A stretch of DNA of 64,000 nt from Candidatus Eiseniibacteriota bacterium (GCA_965224245.1 OZ245046.1:5696001-5760000), one strand, 5' to 3'. Positions 1 through 12,595 are shown, counted from the stretch's first letter. Notes: generated by a model from the sequence alone, not told the origin. Translations and numbers: made by a program.

Positions 1-112
1 ACGGGGTGCCGCCGGCGGTGTCGGGATCGGCCGGTGACGCGTCCTCTCGGGCCCCCGGCGGTGTGGAAGCGCGTCCGACCGGTGGTCGGCCGTTCTCTGC
101 GTCGTGGGTCAT
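1..112 (-). CDS. 5' part of a truncated gene following sufU, possibly a SUF-associated (DUF59/SufT-like) protein
   Basis: ATG at 112 with a GGAGAGG RBS, open to the window edge (MTHDAENGRPPVG...). Product guessed from operon position only. Confidence 0.35.
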   Translation of the reverse strand, partial: MTHDAENGRPPVGRASTPPGAREDASPADPDTAGGTP

Positions 113-160
113 CGTCGTTTCCTCTCCATCGTTCGGGCCGGACGGCGCGGGCGCCCGGGG

Positions 161-613
161 TCACTCGGTGGTGATGGGATCGGACGCGTTCTCCAGCGCG
201 GCCTCGAGCGTGTGCCAGGCCAGCGTGGCGCACTTCACCCGGACCGGGAACTCGCGCACGCCGGCGAAGACCGCCAGCTTGCCGAGGTCCACGGTGTCGG
301 GCGTCTCGCCGATCGGTGCGGTGACCATCGTCTTGAAGCGGTCGAACAACCTCCGGATCTCGTCGATGGTCTTGCCGGTCACGATCTCGGTCATCACCGA
401 CGCGGACGCGGTGGAGATCGCGCACCCCGAGCCGGTGAACGACGCGCTCGCGACGACGCCGTTCTCCACCTTCAGGTACAGCACGAGCCGATCGCCACAG
501 AGCGGATTCAGGCCCTCGGCGCCGTGGCTCGCGTCGTCCATCGCATGGAAGTTCCGCGGGTGCTTCCCGTGGTCCAGGATCACCTCTTGATACAGATCGC
601 GTAGATCGTCCAC
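161..613 (-). CDS. sufU: SUF system NifU-family Fe-S assembly protein SufU
   Basis: LYQEVILDH, NPLCGD, GCAISTASAS and RVKCATLAW motifs; directly follows sufS. Confidence 0.95.
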   Translation of the reverse strand: MDDLRDLYQEVILDHGKHPRNFHAMDDASHGAEGLNPLCGDRLVLYLKVENGVVASASFTGSGCAISTASASVMTEIVTGKTIDEIRRLFDRFKTMVTAPIGETPDTVDLGKLAVFAGVREFPVRVKCATLAWHTLEAALENASDPITTE

Positions 614-632
614 GGCGGGTCGTCCCTCGCGC

Positions 633-1895
633 TCAGGAGAACATGTCGATGACGCGCTTCAACCCGGTGACGAGCGCGTCGATCTCGGACTTCGTATTGT
701 AGAACGTCAGCGAGGCTCGCGTCGTGGCCGGAACCCCGAAGTGCGCCATCACCGGCTGCGCGCAGTGGTGTCCGGTGCGAACGGCGATACCGTCCCGATC
801 GAGCACCGTGCCCACGTCGTGCGGGTGGACGCCATCCACGACGAACGACAGGACGCTGGCCTTGCGGCGGGCGCGTCCGATGATCCGGACGCCATCCACC
901 GCAGAGAGGGCCTGGGTGGCGTACTCGAGCAGCATCGCGTTGTAGAGCGTGATCGGCGTCATCCCGATCTCGTCCAGGTACGTGAGCGCGACGCCGAGAC
1001 CGATGGCGCCGGCGATGTCGGGCGTTCCGGCCTCGAACTTGTGCGGCAGGTCGTTGTACGTGGTCTTCTCGAACGTTACCGACCGGATCATGTCGCCGCC
1101 ACCCTGATACGGCGGCATCGCGTCCAGGAGCGATTCCTTCCCGTACAGGACGCCGATTCCGGTGGGTCCGTAGACCTTGTGGCCGGAGAACGCGTAGAAG
1201 TCGACGTCCAGCTCCTGCACGTCCACGGGGAGGTGTGCGATGCCCTGCGCACCGTCGAGCAGAACCGGGATCCCGCGCGCATGCGCGCTCTCGATGAGCG
1301 TTCGGACGGGGTTGATCGTGCCCAGTGCGTTCGACAGGTGCGAGACGGCCACCAGCCGCGTGCGATCGGTCAGGAGCGACTCGAGCCGGTCGAGCACCAG
1401 CTCGCCCCGATCGTCGATCGGGATCACGCGAAGCGATGCCCCGACCTGCTCGCACACGAGCTGCCACGGCACGATGTTGGAGTGGTGCTCCATCTCGGAC
1501 ACGAGGATCTCGTCACCGGCCCGGAGGTGGCTTCGGCCGTAGGTCTGCGCGACCAGGTTGATCGACTCGGTGGTGCCCCGGGTGAACACGATCTCTCGCT
1601 CGGACGCGGCGTTCATGAACCTCGCCACGACGCGGCGCGCCGCCTCGTACTCGGCGGTGGCCCGGATCGACAGATCGTAGACGCCTCGATGGATGTTGGC
1701 GTTGATCTCGCCGTAGACTCGCGTCACCGTGTCGATCACGCGCTGCGGCTTCTGCGTGGTCGCCGCGTTGTCCAGGTACGTCAGGGGCTTCCCGTGCACC
1801 GTCGTGGACAGGATCGGGAAGTCGCGGCGGACCTTCGCCACGTCGAAGTCGACCGGCGACGAGGATCGCCCCTGGACCGTCACTACGCCCTCCAT
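633..1895 (-). CDS. sufS: Cysteine desulfurase SufS
   Basis: YLDNAATTQKP, FSGHK (PLP lysine) and RTGHHCAQP (catalytic Cys of group II desulfurases). Confidence 0.97.
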   Translation of the reverse strand: MEGVVTVQGRSSSPVDFDVAKVRRDFPILSTTVHGKPLTYLDNAATTQKPQRVIDTVTRVYGEINANIHRGVYDLSIRATAEYEAARRVVARFMNAASEREIVFTRGTTESINLVAQTYGRSHLRAGDEILVSEMEHHSNIVPWQLVCEQVGASLRVIPIDDRGELVLDRLESLLTDRTRLVAVSHLSNALGTINPVRTLIESAHARGIPVLLDGAQGIAHLPVDVQELDVDFYAFSGHKVYGPTGIGVLYGKESLLDAMPPYQGGGDMIRSVTFEKTTYNDLPHKFEAGTPDIAGAIGLGVALTYLDEIGMTPITLYNAMLLEYATQALSAVDGVRIIGRARRKASVLSFVVDGVHPHDVGTVLDRDGIAVRTGHHCAQPVMAHFGVPATTRASLTFYNTKSEIDALVTGLKRVIDMFS

Positions 1896-1916
1896 GCCGT
1901 CTCCCCGGCTCGCCGG

Positions 1917-3263
1917 TCAGCGAGCCTGATGAATGGCCTCGCCGTTCGGCAGGCCCTTGGCGAACTCCCGCTCCACGGCCTCGCGGACGCCGTCGATCTC
2001 GATCTGGTCGATCAGCTCGCGTGCGAACGCGTGGGTCAAGAGCGATCGGGCAGCCTCGGGACTGAGTCCACGCGCCCGCAGGTAGAACAGCTGGTCGTCG
2101 TCGAGCTCGCCCGTGGTCGCGCCGTGCGTGCACTTCACGTCGTCGGCGTAGATCTCCAGCTGAGGCTTGTTGTTCGAGACCGCATCGTCGCTGAGCAACA
2201 GGTTACGGCTCGTCTGCTTGGCGTCGGTCTTCTGGGCGTCGACGTACACGTGGATCTTCCCGTCGAACACTCCGCGCGACGCGCCGTCCAGGATGCCCTT
2301 GAACATCTGCCAGCTCGTACAGTGCGGGACAGCATGATCGATCCGGGTGTGATTGTCGACGACCTGCTCGCCCTGGCTCAGATAGAGGCCGTTCAGCGTG
2401 GCGTGTGCGCCCTCGCCCGACAGCTTCGCGTGCCCCTCGTTCCGGACGAGAAGGCCGCTCGACGTGAACGCGTGCGCGGTGTAGGTCGCCTCGGTGCCCA
2501 CGTCGATCGCGCTGACGCCGATGTGGTAGGCGACGTCGGAGTCGCGAAGCAGCCGCACGTGCAGCACCTCGCTCCTCGGCTCGCAGAAGATCTCACTCAC
2601 CGGGTTGGTGAGGTAGGCGTCATCGCCGAGCCCGGCGTGCGTCTCCAGGATGGTCACGCGTGCATCTCGCCCGCACCGAACCAGCATGCGCGGATGTGCG
2701 AGCGTCGGGCCCTCGGGCGTCGTGGTCAGGTGCACGACGTGAACGGGGACGCCGATCTCCGCACCGTCGGCCACGTCGATGACGACGCCGTCGCCGAGGA
2801 ACGCGGTGTTGAGCGCCGCGAACGCACGGGAGTCGACGGGGGCGATCGTGGCCAGCTTCTCGAGCACGAACGCGTCTCCGCCGGCGACTGCATCGGACAG
2901 CCGGCGGCAGGTGAGCCCGGACATCGCGTCGTCGGTCCAGCTCAGCAGCGCGGCGTAGTGTCCGTTGACGAACACCAGTCGGATCGTGTCGGCGTCCGCG
3001 AACGTGTATGCGTCGAGCGCGCTCGTGGACAGGGTCGACAGGTCGATCGTCTCGGTTCGGGCCAGACCGGACTGCATCATCTGCGAGAGGCTCGTCCAGC
3101 GCCAGTCCTCGTGCTTGGTGGTCGGGATGCCCTGCGATCGAAACGCCGCCATGGCCACGTTGCGGCGTTCGGCGAGCCATGCCGGCTCGGTGGCCACGCG
3201 CGCGGCCTGGAAGCTCTGGAATGCGTCGACGAAATCGTCGGTTCGCTGAAGGGTCGTGCTCAT
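1917..3263 (-). CDS. sufD: Fe-S cluster assembly protein SufD
   Basis: EDWRWT, KPQLEIYADDVKCTHGAT and LFYLRARG motifs. Confidence 0.96.
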   Translation of the reverse strand: MSTTLQRTDDFVDAFQSFQAARVATEPAWLAERRNVAMAAFRSQGIPTTKHEDWRWTSLSQMMQSGLARTETIDLSTLSTSALDAYTFADADTIRLVFVNGHYAALLSWTDDAMSGLTCRRLSDAVAGGDAFVLEKLATIAPVDSRAFAALNTAFLGDGVVIDVADGAEIGVPVHVVHLTTTPEGPTLAHPRMLVRCGRDARVTILETHAGLGDDAYLTNPVSEIFCEPRSEVLHVRLLRDSDVAYHIGVSAIDVGTEATYTAHAFTSSGLLVRNEGHAKLSGEGAHATLNGLYLSQGEQVVDNHTRIDHAVPHCTSWQMFKGILDGASRGVFDGKIHVYVDAQKTDAKQTSRNLLLSDDAVSNNKPQLEIYADDVKCTHGATTGELDDDQLFYLRARGLSPEAARSLLTHAFARELIDQIEIDGVREAVEREFAKGLPNGEAIHQAR

Positions 3264-3288
3264 CGGATGGCTTCTCCTCGGCGTTGGC

Positions 3289-4044
<756 letters not shown>

Positions 4045-4203
4045 GTGATGTTCACTCTCCGTGTCTGACGTGACGCGCTCACGGCGCTGATCTCAGGTTC
4101 AAGACTCGACGTCACCGCACCCCGCGACGATCCCAGCCTCCAGGAATGATCCACATGAATGGGCGTTTGCGAGGCAAACGCCCGAGTCGTCGCGAAGCGA
4201 CGA

Positions 4204-5649
<1,446 letters not shown>

Positions 5650-5658
5650 GGAGACTCC

Positions 5659-6189
5659 CTACTTCCCGCCGACTCGGCGGGGCTCCGTCTGCGTCGTGCT
5701 TGCGGTGTCGGAGAGCGCGGCGCGGTTCTGTCGGCGCCGCGTCAACGGAAACGAGATCGGATCCGGCGAGCGAACGTCCCTGAGCGGACGGGCCATCTCC
5801 GCCAGCGAGATCGTGCCCAGCGAGTCGAGCACGCGCCGATTGATGAGCCGCCAGTTGCCGCGGACGTGGCACATCGATTCGCGCTCGCAGTCGCCGTGCG
5901 TGGTCTCGGCGCACTCGGTGAGCGCGATCGGGCCCTCGATGGCCGTGATGACGTCGGCCACCGACAGCGACTCGGGTGGCTGCGCAAGGCGATACCCGCC
6001 CCGGGCGCCGCGCTGGGACCGCAGGAGCCCCTCCCGGGCCAGCTGCTTGAGGATCTTGCTGACCATCTGGTGGCTGACCTGCGCATCGTCGGCCAGGTCA
6101 CGCGCGCTGACGGGCTCGGTGCTCCCGAGCTGCGCCAGCCGGGTCATCAGGACGATGCCGTAATCCGCTTCCCTGGAAAGCTTTAGCAT
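5659..6189 (-). CDS. Rrf2-family (IscR/SufR-like) regulator of the SUF operon
   Basis: Start MLKLSREADYG at 6189 after a GAGGAG RBS; SQRGARGGYRLA wing; three C-terminal Cys (EC...DC...MC). Confidence 0.92.
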   Translation of the reverse strand: MLKLSREADYGIVLMTRLAQLGSTEPVSARDLADDAQVSHQMVSKILKQLAREGLLRSQRGARGGYRLAQPPESLSVADVITAIEGPIALTECAETTHGDCERESMCHVRGNWRLINRRVLDSLGTISLAEMARPLRDVRSPDPISFPLTRRRQNRAALSDTASTTQTEPRRVGGK

Positions 6190-6205
6190 GTGCTCCTCGC
6201 TAATT

Positions 6206-6222
6206 CGGACTGAATTGGTCCG
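6206..6222. promoter_or_regulatory. Inverted repeat CGGAC-N7-GTCCG, candidate Rrf2 operator
   Basis: Palindrome with an AT-rich centre just upstream of the regulator's RBS. Confidence 0.55.
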
Positions 6223-6401
6223 CTTTCGGGAGCATAGTCGCTGCCGGCCCTGGATTTCAAGGCCCTTTGCCGGCCTCGGCGGGACTCGTTCCGGATCCGG
6301 GGGCGGCCTTCGGTCCGGCGGAGGTCCCTTTGTCGCGAGCTCCCGCCTTGATACGCTCGTGCCGCCCACCACCCACGACGACGCTTGCCCAGGAGGGAAC
6401 C

Positions 6402-7337
6402 ATGTACCCCCGCATCGACCGCGGATTCGGCGTCACGGTACTGGCCACCGGGATCCTCGGAGCGCTCGCCACCTCGGTCCCGGCGACCGATGTCGAGTTT
6501 CACGACGAGACGTTTCCCGACGCGCAGTGGACGCTCGTGAAGCTCATCGACACGACCGAAGGGGCGCTCGTCTCCGCCGAGCGCGTGGAGACCGGCGGGA
6601 ATCCGGGAGACTACCGGGAGACCACCCACGTGTATCGGGCCACCGATCTCCACGTCGCGCACACGAAGGACGACGCCGTCTACGATCCGTCGGAATCCGG
6701 TCCCATCGGCACCGTCGACGTGCTCTACGACGTGAAGCACGATCCGGTCAGCGGCTGGGGCGTACGCTACCGGCCGATGCTGGTCCAGGACGGGATCTAC
6801 TACTCCTGTGAGTGCGGAGACGCCGTGTTCGACGCCGTCTGGCAGTCCGCAGTGCACGTCGCGCTGACGGCGACCGACTTCACGCCCATCGAGGCGGTCG
6901 AGTCGCCCGGCCCCGCGTACCCCGACTTCTCCGAGGCCGGCGCCCCGATCACGTTCGGGTACGAGACCTCGAACCACGCGACCGCCCACGATCCCCAGAC
7001 GCGGGTGCACGGCATCGACAACTGGCGAGTCGTCGTGCACGCGCCCGTCGTGGGCATCGCCGACGCCCCCTCCGCGCCGGCGCGCGTGATCGTGAGACCC
7101 AACCCGTTCCGCTCGCGGATCGCGGTCGTGGTTCCCGGTGCGCCGCGAGCCGGCCGGATCTCGATCTACGACGTCGCGGGCCGCCTCGTGGGCAGCACGC
7201 CGATCGTCGACGGCACCGCCGTGTGGAGCGGCCGGGATGCCTCGGGGCAGGCCGTCTCGCCGGGTGTGTATGTCTTGCGGGCGGTAGGGGCCGACGATCG
7301 ACCCCTCTGGCACCGTCGGGTCGTGCGCCTGGAGTAG
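6402..7337 (+). CDS. Secreted protein with C-terminal FlgD-Ig/T9SS-like domain
   Basis: AGGAGG RBS, signal peptide, and C-terminal PNPF...IYDVAGRLV...WSGRDASG..VSPGVY. Confidence 0.75.
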   Translation: MYPRIDRGFGVTVLATGILGALATSVPATDVEFHDETFPDAQWTLVKLIDTTEGALVSAERVETGGNPGDYRETTHVYRATDLHVAHTKDDAVYDPSESGPIGTVDVLYDVKHDPVSGWGVRYRPMLVQDGIYYSCECGDAVFDAVWQSAVHVALTATDFTPIEAVESPGPAYPDFSEAGAPITFGYETSNHATAHDPQTRVHGIDNWRVVVHAPVVGIADAPSAPARVIVRPNPFRSRIAVVVPGAPRAGRISIYDVAGRLVGSTPIVDGTAVWSGRDASGQAVSPGVYVLRAVGADDRPLWHRRVVRLE

Positions 7338-7670
7338 CCGCCGCCGGTCCACGCTGGACCGGCGCCGAGGTCCCGGGCCGGGACCGTCGATTCTCGCGTG
7401 AAAGGGTTCTCAACGACCCGATGCCTGCCGAGGGTTACAGGGTGGCCGTCCTCGGCGGTTTCCATCGCTCATACACGTTCGCGACGACGGGTTTCGCGAA
7501 CGGGACGAGCGAGCCCCCGACCTTGCCGGCCGCGGGACGGCACGACCGAGCCGCCGAAGGCGCCCCACCGGGGGGTTGGCTCCGGCGCCGGTCACTGCCA
7601 GAATGAGCGCCGCGACGTCGCCGGCGACGTCGCCGGTGCCTGCCAGCGCCAATCGTCTCCGGAGGCCGAG

Positions 7671-8504
7671 ATGTCCCAGTACGACACGACCGACGAGAAA
7701 GTCGCCGACATCGAGCGTTACCTGGTCCGCAAGGTGGATCGCATCCACCGCGCCGTCATGCTGGCGCTGGGGCTGGCGGCCATCGCGGCGGTGACGTCGG
7801 TGTGGACGGCGGTTCGCCCCGGAGGTGGCGACCGTGCGAGCGACGTCGCCCAGGTCGCGCCCGCCGACCGCGGGGCCACCGCGAACGAGTCCGACGACGC
7901 GGGAGCCGAGCGCGCCGAGGCCGACGCTCCCGCCCATTCCGCGACCGGCGACCGCTCCGACGCCGAGGGCGTCCAGGTGACCCCTTCAGGGACGGCCGCG
8001 GTGAAGGATGGGGGAGAGATGGCCGCCGAGGACGCCCGGCCGCGATCCCGACCGGCGGTCGATCCCGGCGCGGCGCGGGCGAGTGCCTCCGAGCCGAGCG
8101 CCGACGGAGGCGCGTCGAGCGTGGACGCCGCGCCGGCCGTGCCCGCGGACGTCACGCCGGCCCCGCCGGGGGCCCAGTTCACGGTGGGCGCGTCGGCGAT
8201 CGCGACGAACATCGTCAGCCTGGAGCCCGTGGGGACCGGGACGTCGTTCCGCGTGGGGACGAAGCTCTTCTACTGGACCCGGATCGAGACCCCCAACCTC
8301 CTGGCCGTCGACGATACCGATCGGTTCGTCGTGCATCGGTGGATCCACGGCGGTGAGACGCACCACGAGCAGAAGATCACGATCGGGTCACCGCGATATC
8401 GGGTTTACAGCATGCACGAGCCCCAACAGCCGGGGGACTGGCGCCTCGAGGTCGTGGATTCCGACGGGCGGCTCCTGCACGTGGAGCACGTCACGGTCGA
8501 GTAG
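7671..8504 (+). CDS. Membrane-anchored protein with low-complexity linker and C-terminal DUF2914-like domain
   Basis: GGAGG RBS, one TM helix, Ala/Asp/Pro linker, then FYWTRI...VHRW...RYRVYS...GDWRLEVVDSDG. Confidence 0.7.
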   Translation: MSQYDTTDEKVADIERYLVRKVDRIHRAVMLALGLAAIAAVTSVWTAVRPGGGDRASDVAQVAPADRGATANESDDAGAERAEADAPAHSATGDRSDAEGVQVTPSGTAAVKDGGEMAAEDARPRSRPAVDPGAARASASEPSADGGASSVDAAPAVPADVTPAPPGAQFTVGASAIATNIVSLEPVGTGTSFRVGTKLFYWTRIETPNLLAVDDTDRFVVHRWIHGGETHHEQKITIGSPRYRVYSMHEPQQPGDWRLEVVDSDGRLLHVEHVTVE

Positions 8505-8603
8505 CGGCTCGCGCGCGATGGCGCGAGGGATGCGGTATGATGCCGGCCGCCGGAACGGCGTCCAAGTCAACCCCGTCACCCAGCGCCTCGGACGGCCAAC
8601 TCG

Positions 8604-9968
8604 ATGAAGCTCGTCTCCCTGCGCGACATTCTGCGGTTCTACATCCCCCTGGTCCTGAACTCCCAGATGATGACCCTCTCGGGACCCATCATCAACAAGG
8701 CCGTCGGGAACGACTCGGACGCCACGCTGCAGCTCGCCGCGTACTGGATCGGGTTCACGCTCCTGATGTTCCTGGAGAGCCCGTGCCTCGCCATCCAGCA
8801 GATCACCTCGTCCCTCGTCGACTCGGGGCGGATGCTGCGCCACGTGGTCGCCTACTCGATGACGTTCGCCGCGCTGGCCGTCGTGGGCGTGCTTGCGGTC
8901 GCGTTCACACCGCTCGGGGACCTCGTCTTCGATCACGTCGTGAAGACGACGCCGAGGGTGGCCGAGCTGTCGCGGTGGGTGCTCGGCGCACTGGCACCGG
9001 TGCCGGTGCTGATCTCGCTCCGCGGGATCGGGAACGGGATCGCCATCCGACAGCGCCAGACCGTGCTCGTGGCCCGAGCCACGCTGTTCCGGCTTCTGGC
9101 CCTGTCGTCGGTCGTGGGCGTCGTCGTGCTCGTGGGGACCGGGTCGGGAGCGTTCGCCGGCGTGGCGGCACTCGAAGCCGGCATCGCACTGGAGACGGCC
9201 GTGATCTGGATCGGGGTGCGCCGCAGCTGGCGCCGGGGCCGACCCTGGACGGATACACCCGTGGCCCGGCCGCGTCTGGAGCGCGACGTCGTCGCGAAGG
9301 TGCTGCGGGTGGCCCTTCCGCTCGCAGTCTCCTCGATCTCGTGGACGGCGTTCCGTCCGCTCCTGAACGCCATCCTGGGCCGCCTCTCCGATCCCGAGCT
9401 GGCCCAGGCGGGGTTCGGGTTCATCATGCCGCTCGTTCTCCTGACGTCCTCGCCGCTGTGGACGATTCAGAACGTGAGCCTGGTGCTGCCCGAGTCGGGT
9501 GCGGATCTCCGCCGGGTGATCCGGTTCGCGGCCGCCGCGGCCGTGTTCTTCGCCGGCTTCATCGTCGTCCTGACACTGACGCCGATCCGCAGCCTCGTGC
9601 TCGACGGCTTCTACGACCTCACGCCCGAGCTGGAGCAGGTCGTGGTTCCCGCACTGATCCTGCTCGTGCTGGAGCCGTTCTTCCTGGCGGCTCGGTCGGT
9701 GTCGCAGGGACTGCTGATCAAGGCGCAGCGCACCGACTCGTTCATGGTGGTCTCCCCGATCAAGACCGTCCTCGTGGCCATCGTCGGCTTCGGAGTCGTC
9801 CACCAGAACCCCGACGTCAACGGGGTGGTGCTGGGCACGCTCCTGTTCCTCGGGGGCGACTGCTTCGAGGCGATCATGTACAGTCTCCAGGCGCGTCGCC
9901 TTCTGGTCGAGAGGATCCTCTTCGGCGAGGTGCCGAGGCGGGAATCGGCGGCCGTGGTGACGCCATAG
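8604..9968 (+). CDS. MATE/MOP-superfamily (ANKH-like) membrane transporter
   Basis: About 12 hydrophobic segments with two-fold internal repeat (PL..PIIN..LAAY / PL..PLLN..QAGF). Confidence 0.7.
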   Translation: MKLVSLRDILRFYIPLVLNSQMMTLSGPIINKAVGNDSDATLQLAAYWIGFTLLMFLESPCLAIQQITSSLVDSGRMLRHVVAYSMTFAALAVVGVLAVAFTPLGDLVFDHVVKTTPRVAELSRWVLGALAPVPVLISLRGIGNGIAIRQRQTVLVARATLFRLLALSSVVGVVVLVGTGSGAFAGVAALEAGIALETAVIWIGVRRSWRRGRPWTDTPVARPRLERDVVAKVLRVALPLAVSSISWTAFRPLLNAILGRLSDPELAQAGFGFIMPLVLLTSSPLWTIQNVSLVLPESGADLRRVIRFAAAAAVFFAGFIVVLTLTPIRSLVLDGFYDLTPELEQVVVPALILLVLEPFFLAARSVSQGLLIKAQRTDSFMVVSPIKTVLVAIVGFGVVHQNPDVNGVVLGTLLFLGGDCFEAIMYSLQARRLLVERILFGEVPRRESAAVVTP

Positions 9969-10102
9969 CCGAGAGAGCCGGGACCGCGGTCGTGCGGGGT
10001 CGGAGCCGGTCGGATCCAGAATCCGAAACCCGGGCCCACGCGCGCCGTTAGATCCCTCACCCCCAAGCCCGGACGCGGCCGCGCCGCGCTGGGTCGTCAC
10101 GC

Positions 10103-10867
10103 ATGGGACCGTCGATGCGACACGTCTCGATCGCGTTCTGGACGTACGTCACGCCGATGACGTCGGCGCGAGCCTTCAAGATCACGATCATCCTCACCAT
10201 CCTCTTCTGCGTCGGTGCGGCGCTGGCCATGGCCGGCGGGGCCATCGACGAGGACATCACCGAGGCCGCTCTGACCGGGCTCCAGCACATCGCGATCCTG
10301 ATGGCGGTGCCGCTGGGCGCGGCGGTGCTGGGAGAGATGTCGCTCCGGGACGGGATCACTCACCGGACGCTCCTCTACCCGCTGCTCGGCCCGGTTCCCC
10401 GGGCCACGCAGGCGCTCGTTCGCACCGGGGTCACGATGGGTCTGGTGGCCGCGCTCGGCACCATCCTCCTGCTCCTGGTGCGCTTCCTGATGATGCTCCA
10501 GCTCGGCGAGGACCTGCGCGGTGTGCCGTCGGAGGTCGTGTCGATCTGGCTGGCCTCGTTCGCGTACGTGGCGCTGTTCGGGCTGGTGCATCTGCTCAAT
10601 CAGCGCGGCCTGATCTTCGCACTGATCTACCTCTTCATGTTCGACATGCCCGTGGGGCGCGTTCCCTTCTCGGTCCGCAACGTGTCGCTGTCCTATCACG
10701 TGGCCGTCGTGTCCGATCACGTCGAGACGACGATGCTGCCGATCCCGGTGGATGCTCCGGCATCGTCGGTGTTCTGGTCGTCGATCGTGCTGCTCGCGGT
10801 CGGCACGATCTGCCTCGCCGTCACCGCGCACCTCTTCGACCGCCGCGATCTCGGGGAGCTGTGCTGA
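10103..10867 (+). CDS. ABC-2 type transporter permease
   Basis: About 6 TM segments, TLLYPLLGPVPR motif; stop overlaps the next start (TGATG). Confidence 0.75.
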   Translation: MGPSMRHVSIAFWTYVTPMTSARAFKITIILTILFCVGAALAMAGGAIDEDITEAALTGLQHIAILMAVPLGAAVLGEMSLRDGITHRTLLYPLLGPVPRATQALVRTGVTMGLVAALGTILLLLVRFLMMLQLGEDLRGVPSEVVSIWLASFAYVALFGLVHLLNQRGLIFALIYLFMFDMPVGRVPFSVRNVSLSYHVAVVSDHVETTMLPIPVDAPASSVFWSSIVLLAVGTICLAVTAHLFDRRDLGELC

Positions 10868-11805
10868 TGAGCGACGCCGCGACGACTCGCTGGATCGAGC
10901 TCGAGAACGTCCACCTGTTCCGCGGTGGGCGTCCCGTGCTGAAGGGGCTGAACGCGGCGCTGTCCGGTCGTGCCATCGGGCTCGTGGGCGCGAACGGCGC
11001 CGGAAAGTCCACGCTGATCGGCGCGCTCCTGGGTGTCCTGCGCCCGCGGTCGGGGCGCGTGGCCGTGCTGGGTATCGACGTCGGGTCCGACGCCATGGAG
11101 GTGCGGGCCCGGGCCGGCGTCATGGCCGAGCAGGCGGGTATCTTCCCGGGCGGGTCGGGAGTGGACGCGGTCGTGTTCGCGGGCATGCTGTCGGGCCTCG
11201 GTCGTCGGGAGGCGTTGCGACGCGCGCACCGCGCGCTGGACGCTCTCGACGTGGGCGACGAGCGCTATCGCCCCACGAAGGGCTACTCCACCGGCATGCG
11301 TCAGCGCTGCAAGCTGGCCATGAGCCTCGTCCACGATCCCGAGATCCTGATCCTCGACGAGCCCACCGTCGGTCTCGATCCCGCGGGCCGGGCACAGCTC
11401 CTCGATCTCATCCGCGGTCTTCGCGACGAGGGGCGGCGCATCATTCTCTCGACGCACATCATGGCCGACGCCGACGGGCTCTGCGACGAGCTCCTGTTGA
11501 TCGCCAAGGGGCAGATCGCGTTCGCGGGACCGCTGGGCGATCTGGTCGGATCGGGCCTCGGGGTCATGGTGGCCCGCGGGCCGGGCCTCGGTCTGGCCGT
11601 GGCCGACGAGCTGACCGCGTCCGGCTACACGGTCCTGGAGCAGAGCGAGCACGCCGTCCGCTTCGAGCCGGTGGACGATCTCGATCTGGATCGCTTCTGG
11701 AGGGCGGTGGTCGAGGAGGACGCCGAGGTCCGTTTCCTGGGGCGCGATCTTCCTTCACTGGAGGACGCCGTGGTCGCCGCGATGGAGAAGGCCGATGCTC
11801 ACTGA
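10867..11805 (+). CDS. ABC transporter ATP-binding protein
   Basis: GANGAGKST, YSTGMRQR, ILDEPT and H-loop STH. Confidence 0.93.
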   Translation: MSDAATTRWIELENVHLFRGGRPVLKGLNAALSGRAIGLVGANGAGKSTLIGALLGVLRPRSGRVAVLGIDVGSDAMEVRARAGVMAEQAGIFPGGSGVDAVVFAGMLSGLGRREALRRAHRALDALDVGDERYRPTKGYSTGMRQRCKLAMSLVHDPEILILDEPTVGLDPAGRAQLLDLIRGLRDEGRRIILSTHIMADADGLCDELLLIAKGQIAFAGPLGDLVGSGLGVMVARGPGLGLAVADELTASGYTVLEQSEHAVRFEPVDDLDLDRFWRAVVEEDAEVRFLGRDLPSLEDAVVAAMEKADAH

Positions 11806-12595
11806 GAGGCGCGCCCCGACGACACTCCAGGTGATCCGGGCCATTTCGCAGCGCGAGCTCGCCACCGCGCGCCGGCGACGGCTGGTGAAGTGGCTCTTCA
11901 TCCTGAGCCTCCTGCCGCCGGTGGTGGTCGCGGTCGTCCTCGTGGTCATGGTGCTCGTGGAGAAACAGGGGTTCACGCTGGACTGGGATCCGGTCCTGCG
12001 CTTCTTCCAGGCTCAGCTCACGCCGGTGATCTTCCTCTCGCTCGGGATCGGCACGCCGTGCGTGGCCCGCGACCGCGCCGAGGACGTGCTGTTCCTGTAC
12101 GCCACCCGACCGGTGTCGCCGTCGGCGTACGCGCTGGGGAAGATGTTCGCGGTCGCCGTGCCCACGGGGCTCCTCTTCTGGATCCCCGGCGTCCTGATCG
12201 CGACCCTGCAGTACGGGCTGGTGCCCGATCAGGTCGGCTTCGCCGCGACGATCGGGATGATCCTGAAGGTCACGATGGCCGCGATCCTGATCGCGTGGGG
12301 GCTGGCCGGGGTCGCCGTGGGGTCCAGCGCGACCGCGACCAAGGCCCGCTGGGCGATGCTGATCGCGTTCGCGTGCCTGGCCGTCCCGAACATCATCTCG
12401 GATGCGGTCTGGTTCGGTGACGACACGTACGCGCTGGGGCCGCTTCGGGGCTGCCGCGATCTCCTGTACGCGCTGTTCGAGACCGAAGAGGGGTGGTTCG
12501 CGTTCGGCGTGGCGGGCACGCTGGCGCTGGCGGCCTGGGGCGCCGCGGGGCTGTTCGTGACGCGCTGGCGCATGCGACAGGAGATGACGCCATGA
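11795..12595 (+). CDS. ABC-2 type transporter permease
   Basis: About 6 TM segments, LYATRPVS..YALGK motif; lies between two ATPases. Confidence 0.8.
   Translation: MLTERRAPTTLQVIRAISQRELATARRRRLVKWLFILSLLPPVVVAVVLVVMVLVEKQGFTLDWDPVLRFFQAQLTPVIFLSLGIGTPCVARDRAEDVLFLYATRPVSPSAYALGKMFAVAVPTGLLFWIPGVLIATLQYGLVPDQVGFAATIGMILKVTMAAILIAWGLAGVAVGSSATATKARWAMLIAFACLAVPNIISDAVWFGDDTYALGPLRGCRDLLYALFETEEGWFAFGVAGTLALAAWGAAGLFVTRWRMRQEMTP

Noticed and set aside
7440-7475. Fluoride riboswitch-like GCGATGG...CGCC on the minus strand
   Set aside because: The downstream conserved segment is missing and no minus-strand gene follows.
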